From the NCBI GenBank assembly GCA_049324275.1, contig JBMOLG010000010.1, forward strand, positions 147,977 to 211,976: 64,000 bases of DNA. Reading direction: 5' to 3'. Positions within the stretch are counted from its first letter, which is position 1; each line of letters begins with the position of its first letter. The stretch is from Nanobdellota archaeon (GTDB lineage Archaea > Nanobdellota > Nanobdellia > Pacearchaeales > GW2011-AR1). This document shows positions 38,981 through 47,105 of this stretch, in pieces. The translations under genes and the position numbers were made by a program. The notes beneath the pieces are model-generated. The model saw only the letters and a list, made by a program, of their open reading frames with translations. It had not been told where the DNA came from and did no database searches.

Positions 38981-41845
38981 ATGACTCATATTAAAAAGCT
39001 GGTGATTCATGGCTTTAAAAGTTTTGCAAATAAAACTGAAATTCCTTTTGAAAATGCTATGAATGTTGTAGTCGGTCCAAATGGTTCAGGCAAATCAAAT
39101 ATTACTGATGCATTATGCTTTGCTTTAGGAAGGTTATCTATTAAGTCAATAAGGGCTGCAAAAGCTGCAAATCTTTTATTTTCCGGAAATAAATATCATA
39201 AGCCTGCTGGCGAAGCATTTGTTGAACTTGTCTTTGACAATTTTGACAAAACTTTTGCGATGGATGCAAATGAAGTTTCCATAAAAAGGATTGTAAGAAA
39301 AAATGGGCTTTCAATTTATAAAATAAATAATACTGTTAAAACAAGGCAGGAAATTGTCGAATTATTAGCTCAGGCAGGGATTGATCCAAATGGCTTTAAC
39401 ATTGTTTTGCAGGGGGAGATCGCATCATTGATAAAAATAAATCCCGAAGAAAGGCGAAAAATAATAGAAGAAGTTGCAGGCATTTCCATTTATGAATCAA
39501 GAAAAGAGAAGTCACTAAAAGAGATAGAAAAAACTGATGAAAAGCTTAAAGAAGTTTCTGCAGTTTTGAGAGAAAGAATAGCTTATCTGAAAAATCTTGA
39601 AAGGGAGCGCGAGGAGGCATTGAATTTCCAAAAGCTTGAAGAGACAATTAAAAGATGCAAATTAACCATTATCTCAAAAGAGCTTAAAGATAAAGAGAAA
39701 GAAATAGAAAACCTGAACAAGGAAATAGAAAACCTGAACAAGGAAATAGAAAAGATTAAAGAGCAGATTAAGAAAAAATCTCAAATTGTCGAAGAACTTG
39801 AACTAAAAGCAAACCAGATAAGTAAACAGATTCAATCGTCAACCAGCAATGAGCAGGAAACACTTCACAAAGAAATTTCTGAATTTAAAGCACAAATTGC
39901 GGGGCTAAAAGTGAGAAAAGAAAATTTTGAAAATAGGATTCAAAGCAACAAATCCAAAAATGTTACATTTAAAGACAAAATAAAAACGCTTGAAAAGGAA
40001 ATTTCTGAAATTAAAACTTCTTCACCTGAAATAAAAAAACAACAGGAGAAAGTCAAAAATTATCAGGAAAAACTTGATTCATTAGAAAAGGACAGAAGAA
40101 GATTCTATTTCATAAAATCTGAACTTAACACACTGCAAAATAAAAAGTCTGAAAAAGAAAGATTTCTCATTGAACTGAAAAAAGAAGCTGATATGATTGA
40201 AAAAAATATTTCCTCTCTTTTTACTGAGATAAAATATGTTAAATCATCCGAAAAAGGTGCAACTTTAAAACAGGAAATTTCAAGAAATATATCTGAAATA
40301 TCCGAAAAGCTTGCACTTTTCTCTAAGAAAGAATTAGAAATGGAAAAAGAAAATGCAATTTTAAGCATGGAAATTTTGAAGGAAGAGGAAATAAAAAAAG
40401 AAATTTTAAAGCTTGATATTTGCCCTCTTTGCAAAAGCAAGGTAACAAAGGAACATATTAATAAAGTCGTAGCAGAATCTGACCATAAAATTGAGGCTGC
40501 TAAAAAAAAGCAGGAACAGAATGAAAAAGAAAAGATTAAGACAAAAAATGAATCTGAAGAGTTAAAGCAAAAATTAGAATCTCTTAAAATTAAATTAAAT
40601 GAGATTGAGATTGATATTTTCAAAATAAGGAATGCTGATGAAAAAAAAGAACAGATTAAGAGAATTCTTGAAAATGAAAAAAGTTCAAAGTCAGAAGCTG
40701 AAGAAATATCTTTAAAGATTGAAGTTTTAAGAAAGGAATTTGAGAAATTAAAAAATGTTGAAGAAGAATATGATGATATGAGGCTGAAGCTCCAGGAAAT
40801 TTCATTTTTTGATATGGATGTTGATACAGAGATTACTATTAAGCAGAGAGAATTAAGCCGATTAAGCGTAGAGATAAAATCCATTTCCCGGGATGAGGAA
40901 GAAACTGAGGGGGAATTAAAATCCATAAATGAAAGGCTTAAGGAGAATGAAAAAATTCTTGAAACAAAAGAAATTGAAGAGCAGAAACTTTATGAGAGGT
41001 TTCAAAAACTTTTCAATGAAAAGAATGCCATTCAAGACAACCAAAAAGCAGTCGAAACTGAGATAATTGGGATGCAGAATATATTAAGAAATCATGAAGA
41101 TAAAAATAACCTCTTTAATATTCAGAAGGCAAAATTTAATGCTGAAAAAGAATCTATTGAGTTCGGGCTTAAAGAATTTGAATCTTTGGAACCTTTGCAG
41201 ATTTCATTTGAGCAGGCTAAGGAAAAATTGTCCAAGTCTCAAATGAAAATTTCTGAAATAGGCTCTGTTAATCTTCGTTCATTGGACATTTACAATCAAG
41301 TTAAAGAGCAATGTGATCAGGTCCAAGAAAAAATGAGCACCATTGAAAAAGAAAAAGAAAAGATAAGCAAAATTATTGAGGAAATAGACAAGAAAAAGAA
41401 AAAGTCTTTTTTAACTACCCTGGATGCTGTTAATGGGTTCTTTACAAGGAATTTTTCCCAATTAAGCAATAAGGGCGAAGTTTTTTTAGATTTGGAAAAC
41501 AAGAAGGAGCCTTTCGCAGGCGGGTTGAATATAATCATAAAAGTTGCTAAAGGAAAATATTTTGATGTCACTTCCTTGTCTGGCGGAGAAAAAACTTTAA
41601 TTGCCTTATCATTAATATTTGCAATCCAGGAATATAAACCCTACTGTTTCTATATATTCGATGAAATTGATGCTGCATTAGACAAGCATAATTCTGAGAA
41701 ACTCGCTGCATTAGTCAAGCAATACATGACCTGCGGGCAATACATAATAATTACCCATAATGATGCGTTGATTTCAGAGGCGTCTGCATTATATGGGGTT
41801 TCTATGCAGGAGAATATTTCGAAGATAATTAGTTTGAAGATTTAA
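38981..41845 (+). CDS. SMC-like ATPase with a central CPxC (zinc-hook-like) motif instead of a recognisable hinge
   Basis: SMC-type head: 'GFKSFANKTEIPF...VVGPNGSGKSNITDALCFALG', 'LQGEIASLIKINPEERRKIIEEVAGIS', signature/Walker B 'LSGGEKTLIALSLIFAIQEYKPYCFYIFDEIDAALD', and 'YGVSMQE'. Between the two head halves there is only K/E-rich coiled coil, with 'DICPLCKSKVTKEHI' at residues 481-484 of 954. Confidence 0.85.
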   Translation: MTHIKKLVIHGFKSFANKTEIPFENAMNVVVGPNGSGKSNITDALCFALGRLSIKSIRAAKAANLLFSGNKYHKPAGEAFVELVFDNFDKTFAMDANEVSIKRIVRKNGLSIYKINNTVKTRQEIVELLAQAGIDPNGFNIVLQGEIASLIKINPEERRKIIEEVAGISIYESRKEKSLKEIEKTDEKLKEVSAVLRERIAYLKNLEREREEALNFQKLEETIKRCKLTIISKELKDKEKEIENLNKEIENLNKEIEKIKEQIKKKSQIVEELELKANQISKQIQSSTSNEQETLHKEISEFKAQIAGLKVRKENFENRIQSNKSKNVTFKDKIKTLEKEISEIKTSSPEIKKQQEKVKNYQEKLDSLEKDRRRFYFIKSELNTLQNKKSEKERFLIELKKEADMIEKNISSLFTEIKYVKSSEKGATLKQEISRNISEISEKLALFSKKELEMEKENAILSMEILKEEEIKKEILKLDICPLCKSKVTKEHINKVVAESDHKIEAAKKKQEQNEKEKIKTKNESEELKQKLESLKIKLNEIEIDIFKIRNADEKKEQIKRILENEKSSKSEAEEISLKIEVLRKEFEKLKNVEEEYDDMRLKLQEISFFDMDVDTEITIKQRELSRLSVEIKSISRDEEETEGELKSINERLKENEKILETKEIEEQKLYERFQKLFNEKNAIQDNQKAVETEIIGMQNILRNHEDKNNLFNIQKAKFNAEKESIEFGLKEFESLEPLQISFEQAKEKLSKSQMKISEIGSVNLRSLDIYNQVKEQCDQVQEKMSTIEKEKEKISKIIEEIDKKKKKSFLTTLDAVNGFFTRNFSQLSNKGEVFLDLENKKEPFAGGLNIIIKVAKGKYFDVTSLSGGEKTLIALSLIFAIQEYKPYCFYIFDEIDAALDKHNSEKLAALVKQYMTCGQYIIITHNDALISEASALYGVSMQENISKIISLKI
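39701..39753 (+). repeat. 21-bp tandem repeat (2.5 copies) inside the SMC-like coiled coil
   Basis: 'gaaatagaaaacctgaacaag' occurs twice, followed by 'gaaatagaaaa'. It encodes 'EIENLNK EIENLNK EIEK'. Confidence 0.9.
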
Positions 41846-41900
41846 CAAATTAATATAAAATAAAAAAGAAAAAGAAAAAGAAAGCTAAAACTTAAAAAAT

Positions 41901-43094
41901 TTAATAGTAGCTTGTTTCAGCTTCTTCAACTGGCCTTTCTTTTCGTGTTAAAAGCACAATCAAAATGACTAATAGCACAACAAATATTACTACTAAGATT
42001 ATAGTCAAAGCCATTACTGGAGATGATACTTTCTCTGAAGTAACATTTGCTATCAAGTCTACTGGTTGGTTGTTAACACCCACTGAAAAAGCGTAAGCAC
42101 CTATTTCTGCGTTGTCAGATACTGTTACAGTTACTGGAACGTTTGTGCTGGAATCAGGTCCAACAGTAACTACTGATGGAGCTGAAACTCTTATTCCTGG
42201 AACTGCTGTTGTTTTTATGTTGTAAATTCCAACAGTTTTTCCGGAATTAACGATTATTAAATCGTATGTTCCTGTCTGTCCTGCTTCAATATCTTTGACA
42301 TTAGCGCCACTTATTACAGTTGTAGTTGCAGTGTCTTCGATTTTTATAAAGCCTGTAGCTGTTTTTACAACATCTTTGTTGTAAACCTTTACAGACAAAT
42401 CATAGACACCCGATTTTGCATTTGCTGGAATACTCAAATAAACAGTCTTTTGCAATGAGTCTGGAATATCGCAGTCACCTTCACAATCATCTATAGGCAA
42501 TAAGTCTCCAAAATATCCTCTTGAAGAAACCCCAAGATCATTGATAGAAACTACAATATAGCCATCATGCAATTTTTGCATTCCAACATTCTCAATGACA
42601 ACTGAAACTGGAATTGTACTTCCTGCAGAAGCCTGAGCGCCGTAATCAACAGATAGAATGTTAAGGTCATAAGACTCTCTTTGTAAAGTAAGGTCGTATT
42701 CTGCCCTATCTGATCTATCTTTTGATGTTATACTTACATGCAAGGTATATTCTTCGGATGTTGTATCCATATCAGAAGGCAACTCTAAAGATAATAGCTT
42801 TGAATAAGTTCTGCCCTGAACAATATCAAACCTGTCGGTTGATGCAGAAACATCATCCCTATATCCTTCTAATTCTACCTTCACTCTTACGTCTTCTTCA
42901 TCCACACCTGCTTTAAAAACAACCCTTATTGGAACAACTTCTCCTGTAATTCCGGAGATGGAGGTTGTATTATCAAGTATAACTTCATTAAGAGTTGTTG
43001 TAACTCCTCCTGAAATTAACTCGCCTGCAGAAACTGAACTAACCAATGCAATCACTAAAATCGCTATTAAAGGCATTAATATTTTTTTGTTCAT
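41901..43094 (-). CDS. Secreted, C-terminally anchored cell-surface (S-layer-like) protein
   Basis: Signal peptide 'MNKKILMPLIAILVIALVSSVSA', V/T/S/D/G-rich beta-type sequence, and a C-terminal TM 'ALTIILVVIFVVLLVILIVLLTRKE'. The gene is visibly less AT-rich than its neighbours. The TATA-like box 'gtttataaac' (43137-43146) lies about 42 nt from the ATG, so this mRNA is leadered. Confidence 0.7.
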   Translation of the reverse strand: MNKKILMPLIAILVIALVSSVSAGELISGGVTTTLNEVILDNTTSISGITGEVVPIRVVFKAGVDEEDVRVKVELEGYRDDVSASTDRFDIVQGRTYSKLLSLELPSDMDTTSEEYTLHVSITSKDRSDRAEYDLTLQRESYDLNILSVDYGAQASAGSTIPVSVVIENVGMQKLHDGYIVVSINDLGVSSRGYFGDLLPIDDCEGDCDIPDSLQKTVYLSIPANAKSGVYDLSVKVYNKDVVKTATGFIKIEDTATTTVISGANVKDIEAGQTGTYDLIIVNSGKTVGIYNIKTTAVPGIRVSAPSVVTVGPDSSTNVPVTVTVSDNAEIGAYAFSVGVNNQPVDLIANVTSEKVSSPVMALTIILVVIFVVLLVILIVLLTRKERPVEEAETSYY

Positions 43095-43189
43095 GTTCGA
43101 TCAATTCAATTTAGTTAATTGAAGAAACAAAAAGGAGTTTATAAACCTTATGATTGTAGTAATTATGCAATGACAAAAAAATTTAAAAA

Positions 43190-43205
43190 GTATACGGGCG
43201 TATAC
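43190..43205 (+). promoter_or_regulatory. Perfect inverted repeat GTATACG-GG-CGTATAC between the TATA-like box and the ATG of the RHH gene (candidate operator)
   Basis: 'gtatacgggcgtatac' lies directly downstream of 'atttaaaaa' (43181-43189) and 15 nt upstream of the ATG at 43221. Confidence 0.4.
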
Positions 43206-43220
43206 TATTTATAATCTAAA

Positions 43221-43433
43221 ATGAGTAATAAAAAAATAACCACAATAAAGCTTGAATCCGAGACAAAAAAGAGACTTGAAAAGCTCAAAGAAAATAAAAG
43301 AGAGACATATGAAGACATAATAAAAAAGATGCTTTGGATTTTGAATACCTTAAAACTTGATCCTCCAAAGGCAAGGGAAACTCTGGAAAAGATTGATGAA
43401 ACAAGGAAGAGGATTGGAGAGAAGGATTTGTAA
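43221..43433 (+). CDS. Ribbon-helix-helix (CopG/Arc-like) DNA-binding protein
   Basis: The N-terminal 'KKITTIKLESETKKRLEKLKENKRETYEDIIKKMLWIL' fits a beta-strand/helix/helix RHH pattern. Length 70 aa. Confidence 0.5.
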   Translation: MSNKKITTIKLESETKKRLEKLKENKRETYEDIIKKMLWILNTLKLDPPKARETLEKIDETRKRIGEKDL

Positions 43434-43486
43434 TTGTTATTACAGTGATATTAAATGTTTATAATTAATTTTGATAATAGATATAA

Positions 43487-44344
43487 TTATCTTTTAAGAT
43501 AATTTTGATCAAACCAAGTTTCCCATGAAATTTTTTTATCACCAACTAAATATCCTCTTTCCATATTTGATACTGCAAATCGATAATTTTCTTCTTCTCC
43601 CTGTGTATTAAAATTAATATTCTGGTTTTCGCAGTCTTGTGCTTTTCTTTCTGCATCTTGTACATATCTAAACAATATTTTTTCTTCTTTTGTTAAACTT
43701 AAGTTCCAATGAATGACTGCTGTATTAATCTGGTTTATAATTCCTTCCAAAGCGTGCCTATTCCACTGGCTCCCAGAAATTTCGCTGTGATAATTTCGCG
43801 CTTGCGGAAAATTGTATAAAAGGTAAGCTATTTTTTTTGCATTAGCTCCATTTAATGTTCTTCTTGCATATTCTTGAATTTCTTCTTTTTGCCCAGGGAA
43901 AACCAAATCCATTTGTTCTTTAGTGGACAAATTTATTCCCATATTCATTTCAATTGCGTCTAATAATCTTATATAATCTGTTTCGGTTATATTGCCCCAA
44001 CTGTAATTTGAGAAAATATTAACTTTATCTAATGCTTCTTTTCCATAATTATATAATATTTTTTGTTGTTCTGTCAAATTCTCTAATCCATATTTTTCAG
44101 CCAGCCTTAATGAGAATTTCAATGCTTGCACATTGCTCTTGCCATATATAACATTCTCTGCAAACTTTCCGCCTAAACTATGAAGCACAGGATAATTAAA
44201 TAATAATGTTGCCAAATGCCTGCTTTTTTCTAATAATTCCCCCGGATTTTGCGATTGATTTTCTTTTTGATTATCAAAAAATCCACAAAACCAATTTTTG
44301 AATTTTATTTTCCAATTTTGATTTGAATATGTATAAGTTTCCAT
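43487..44344 (-). CDS. Hypothetical protein with two copies of a ~100-aa 'LLYNxP ... LTxEEKxLY' module
   Basis: Internal repeat: 'LATLLFNYP...LTEQQKILYNYGKEALDKV' and 'IAYLLYNFP...LTKEEKILFRYVQDAERKA'. It has its own promoter with the conserved upstream element. Confidence 0.55.
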   Translation of the reverse strand: METYTYSNQNWKIKFKNWFCGFFDNQKENQSQNPGELLEKSRHLATLLFNYPVLHSLGGKFAENVIYGKSNVQALKFSLRLAEKYGLENLTEQQKILYNYGKEALDKVNIFSNYSWGNITETDYIRLLDAIEMNMGINLSTKEQMDLVFPGQKEEIQEYARRTLNGANAKKIAYLLYNFPQARNYHSEISGSQWNRHALEGIINQINTAVIHWNLSLTKEEKILFRYVQDAERKAQDCENQNINFNTQGEEENYRFAVSNMERGYLVGDKKISWETWFDQNYLKR

Positions 44345-44363
44345 ATAATTATATAATTTGCAA

Positions 44364-44400
44364 CTTTATAAACTTTTAGTATTGTTACTACTATAAAGTT
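44364..44400 (-). promoter_or_regulatory. TATA-like box plus conserved upstream element
   Basis: Plus strand 'ctttataaa' (44364-44372) lies 19 nt from the CAT at 44342-44344. 'tgttactactataaagtt' lies at 44383-44400. Confidence 0.55.
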
Positions 44401-44404
44401 TTAA

Positions 44405-44785
44405 TCATTTTGGATAACATAACCCAAAAAAATCGCTTTGATTTATCTTTGCTTCAATCTTAAGATATTCATTTATTTCCTCTTCTCTTATATATCTTGA
44501 TTCTTTCTCTGAATCTCTGGCTTTTTCCAAGGCTTCTTTTGAAAATTGATATAAATTTTTTTCTTCTATTGTTAATTTTGATGCTATGTTTGATAATTCA
44601 ACATCTGATAAAACTCTTTCCAAGGTCTTTATGTTTGATGATGTATTTGAATCAAAAGGAAATATTCTATGGCAAAACTCGCTTGTAAGTGCATAGGCTT
44701 TAGGTATATTATAAAGAAGTATCGCTAATTCTTTAGCTTTCATCAAACGCAATTTAATCAAACTTTCTCTCGTGTTTTTTGTCAT
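44405..44785 (-). CDS. Hypothetical protein with a single copy of the 'LLYNxP ... LTxEEKxLY' module
   Basis: 'LAILLYNIP...LTIEEKNLYQFSKEALEKA' makes it a paralogue of the modules in 43487-44344. Its start abuts the stop of the upstream nfo-like gene. Confidence 0.5.
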   Translation of the reverse strand: MTKNTRESLIKLRLMKAKELAILLYNIPKAYALTSEFCHRIFPFDSNTSSNIKTLERVLSDVELSNIASKLTIEEKNLYQFSKEALEKARDSEKESRYIREEEINEYLKIEAKINQSDFFGLCYPK

Positions 44786-44786
44786 T

Positions 44787-45560
44787 TTATTTTTTCATTT
44801 CTTCAAATATCTTCATTCCATCGATACTATCTTCAAGAGGGGCAGGGGATTCATTGATAATAGTTATATCTTTATCTTTTGGCATTCCTTTCAGCAATTC
44901 CTGCCATTCTTCTTTGTAGGTTTTCCTATGATTTTTTTCTCCATGCTTGCCATATACAATGCCTGAAAAATGGCAATGCCAGCTCTTTTGCGGAAAAAAT
45001 TTTTTTACCAATTCAAGATTGTAGTCTTTATATCTTGCTAGAATATGGGCAAAATCTATGCAAAAACCGCATTTTGTTTCATTCACTAATCTTGAAATTT
45101 CTTCTATTGAGCCAAATACATTTAGTTTGCCGGTTGTTTCAGGGCACAACTCTATGTTCCAATTATTTTGCTTTAACTTTTTTATTATGTTTTTTATAGA
45201 ACTTTTTATTCTTTCGAATGTTTGTTCAGGAGTATTTTTTCCATAAAAACCTGGATGAAAAACAATTCTTTTTGCTTCAAGATAATTGGCGATTTCTGCG
45301 CATTTTAAAATTCTTTCTTCACTCATTTTTATCTTGTTAATATCTGAAGAGTTTAGGTTGATATAATAAGGCGCATGAATGCTTAATGAAATTCCTAGAT
45401 CCTTTGCAGTTTTTCCGATTTTTATTGCGTCATCTTTTTTTAAATAAATGCTATATGTAAATGCAATTTCGCATGCCCAGATTCCTAAATTGTGAAATTC
45501 ATGAAGATTTTTTATTGCAACCTTCGCCCCCCCTAATCCTGCGGGCCCGAACTTTATCAT
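44787..45560 (-). CDS. nfo: Endonuclease IV-family (AP endonuclease 2 / xylose-isomerase-like TIM barrel) protein
   Basis: The metal-ligand series appears in the expected order: 'HAPYYINL', 'FHPG', 'PETTG', 'CIDFAH', 'HCHFSG', 'NESP'. Confidence 0.7.
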   Translation of the reverse strand: MIKFGPAGLGGAKVAIKNLHEFHNLGIWACEIAFTYSIYLKKDDAIKIGKTAKDLGISLSIHAPYYINLNSSDINKIKMSEERILKCAEIANYLEAKRIVFHPGFYGKNTPEQTFERIKSSIKNIIKKLKQNNWNIELCPETTGKLNVFGSIEEISRLVNETKCGFCIDFAHILARYKDYNLELVKKFFPQKSWHCHFSGIVYGKHGEKNHRKTYKEEWQELLKGMPKDKDITIINESPAPLEDSIDGMKIFEEMKK

Positions 45561-46030
45561 TAGACAATATCGTTTAAAACGACCCCTAATTTAATTGGAT
45601 TTGGAGGGTATCTTGGAACTTTAAAATCCCCGAGATAATCTGTTATAACTTCCTTGCACCATGAGGTAGCATACGCATAAACGCAGGCATTTGCCCATAA
45701 TCCGCCAAATGCAAGAATTATTTGAGGAGGCTTTTTATTGATTTTTTCAGAAATAAAATCTATTTGTTTTTGATGCGTTAGATCAATACGAAAATCTTCC
45801 TTGAATTTTGGCACAAAATATTCTGGATTTAATTTATTCAATGATGTTGATAGCCAATCTGGGTCTGGCGCAAATATCTTTTTGTTTAATGATAAAAAAA
45901 GTTTAATGTATTTTTCCAGATTTTCCCTATAATTGAAATGGAACGGAATGGGATTATGAATAGTGTCTAAATCAGGATGTACAAGAACAAGCGCATCAAA
46001 ATTTTTCAATTCCATGAACAATACAATCAA
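45560..46030 (-). CDS. Hypothetical protein (weakly isochorismatase/cysteine-hydrolase-like)
   Basis: 'ALVLVHPD' and 'ILAFGGLWANACVYAYA' loosely resemble that fold. The likely start is the internal 'MELKNF'. The stop overlaps the next gene's start. Confidence 0.4.
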   Translation of the reverse strand: MIVLFMELKNFDALVLVHPDLDTIHNPIPFHFNYRENLEKYIKLFLSLNKKIFAPDPDWLSTSLNKLNPEYFVPKFKEDFRIDLTHQKQIDFISEKINKKPPQIILAFGGLWANACVYAYATSWCKEVITDYLGDFKVPRYPPNPIKLGVVLNDIV

Positions 46031-46067
46031 TAAAATAATTTAAATATTTAGGTTTATTTAATTAGAG

Positions 46068-46919
46068 ATGAATAAGAGTAAACATTTAATCATCTATTTT
46101 ATTCTTCTCATTATAATTGTGCAATCATTTTTTATCATAAAACTATCTTTGGATGTTTCATTGCTAAATAAAAATTTGAATTCAACTGAAATTTCTTTGA
46201 ACAACAAGATTGATACAGTCAATGCTGAAACTCAAAATAAAATTAATGAATTAAGCTATGAATTAAGTGAGTTGAGTACAAGCATGATTGATATTGAAAA
46301 AAATGTTGACAAAGAAATAAGCAGTTTAAAGGCAGGGGTTAGTTCTGATTTTTCGGGCATTATTGAAAATTCTATAGATTCTGTAGTAACCATAAAAACG
46401 AATGCAGGCCAGGGAACGGGCTTTTTGATTACCGGGGATGGATTTGTAGTAACTAATGCTCATGTGTTGTCTGGGGCTCGATATGCAAATGCATGGACTT
46501 CTAATCAAGAAGTAAAAAAAATGTCTTTAGTTGGATATGCTTCTGATCTTGATATAGCATTGTTAAAAATTGAAGGCGATTATCCGCATCTTGAATTAGG
46601 GGATTCTAATGAGGTTAAAGTAGGCGAAAAGGTGATAGCAATCGGCAATCCACTGGGGTTATCTTTTTCTGTTTCTGAGGGCATTATATCTGCAGTGGAT
46701 AGAGTTGGTGATAATAAATTGCCAGCTTACATTCAGACTGACGCTGCATTGAACCCTGGAAATTCGGGCGGGCCATTAATAAATAAGGAAGGGAAAGTTG
46801 TAGGAATAAATAACTTTAAAGTAAGTGGGGAGAGCCTGGGGTTTGCCCTAGAAAGCAATTATGTCCGGGATGCAGTGAACAAAATTGCAGCTGAAAATTT
46901 GAATCAAACTATAATTTAA
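46068..46919 (+). CDS. HtrA/DegP-like trypsin-fold serine protease, membrane-anchored, no PDZ domain
   Basis: N-terminal TM helix and the catalytic triad contexts 'VVTNAHV', 'DIALLKI' and 'GNSGGPLIN'. The protein ends shortly after the protease domain. Confidence 0.85.
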   Translation: MNKSKHLIIYFILLIIIVQSFFIIKLSLDVSLLNKNLNSTEISLNNKIDTVNAETQNKINELSYELSELSTSMIDIEKNVDKEISSLKAGVSSDFSGIIENSIDSVVTIKTNAGQGTGFLITGDGFVVTNAHVLSGARYANAWTSNQEVKKMSLVGYASDLDIALLKIEGDYPHLELGDSNEVKVGEKVIAIGNPLGLSFSVSEGIISAVDRVGDNKLPAYIQTDAALNPGNSGGPLINKEGKVVGINNFKVSGESLGFALESNYVRDAVNKIAAENLNQTII

Positions 46920-46933
46920 ATTTTTATGAGCAT

Positions 46934-46942
46934 CTTTAAAAA
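46934..46942 (+). promoter_or_regulatory. TATA-like box upstream of the tRNA
   Basis: 'ctttaaaaa' ends 22 nt before the first base of the tRNA acceptor stem. Confidence 0.4.
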
Positions 46943-46964
46943 CATTAACTTTTTCTAAATATAT

Positions 46965-47035
46965 GCAGGCGTAGCCAAGCAGCAAGGCAAGAGGCCGCAA
47001 CCCTCTCATCCTGGGTGCAATTCCCGGCGCCTGCT
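46965..47035 (+). tRNA. tRNA-Cys (anticodon GCA), 71 nt, no encoded CCA
   Basis: Hand-folded cloverleaf. Perfect 7-bp acceptor stem (GCAGGCG/CGCCTGC). D stem GCC(A)/(A)GGC. Anticodon stem AGAGG/CCTCT with loop CCGCAAC. T stem CTGGG/CCCGG. The discriminator is U, which is the Cys identity element. The region is a GC-rich island in AT-rich DNA. Confidence 0.75.
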
Positions 47036-47105
47036 TAGTGTTAATTTGGAAATTACTGATGCCTCTTTGAATTAAATTTAAAAATATCTACTGTATAATA
47101 TTTTA

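Noticed and set aside
39701-39753. Tandem 21-bp repeat considered as a possible CRISPR or regulatory repeat
   Set aside because: It has only 2.5 contiguous copies with no spacers. It is in frame inside a coding coiled coil, where it duplicates a heptad-type 'EIENLNK' unit.
40105-40926. 273-aa ORF antisense to the SMC-like gene
   Set aside because: The translation is extremely S/F/I-rich and low in complexity. It is the mirror image of the K/E-rich GAA/AAA codons of the coiled coil, and it has no start context or promoter. It is a shadow ORF. The same applies to 41317-41571.
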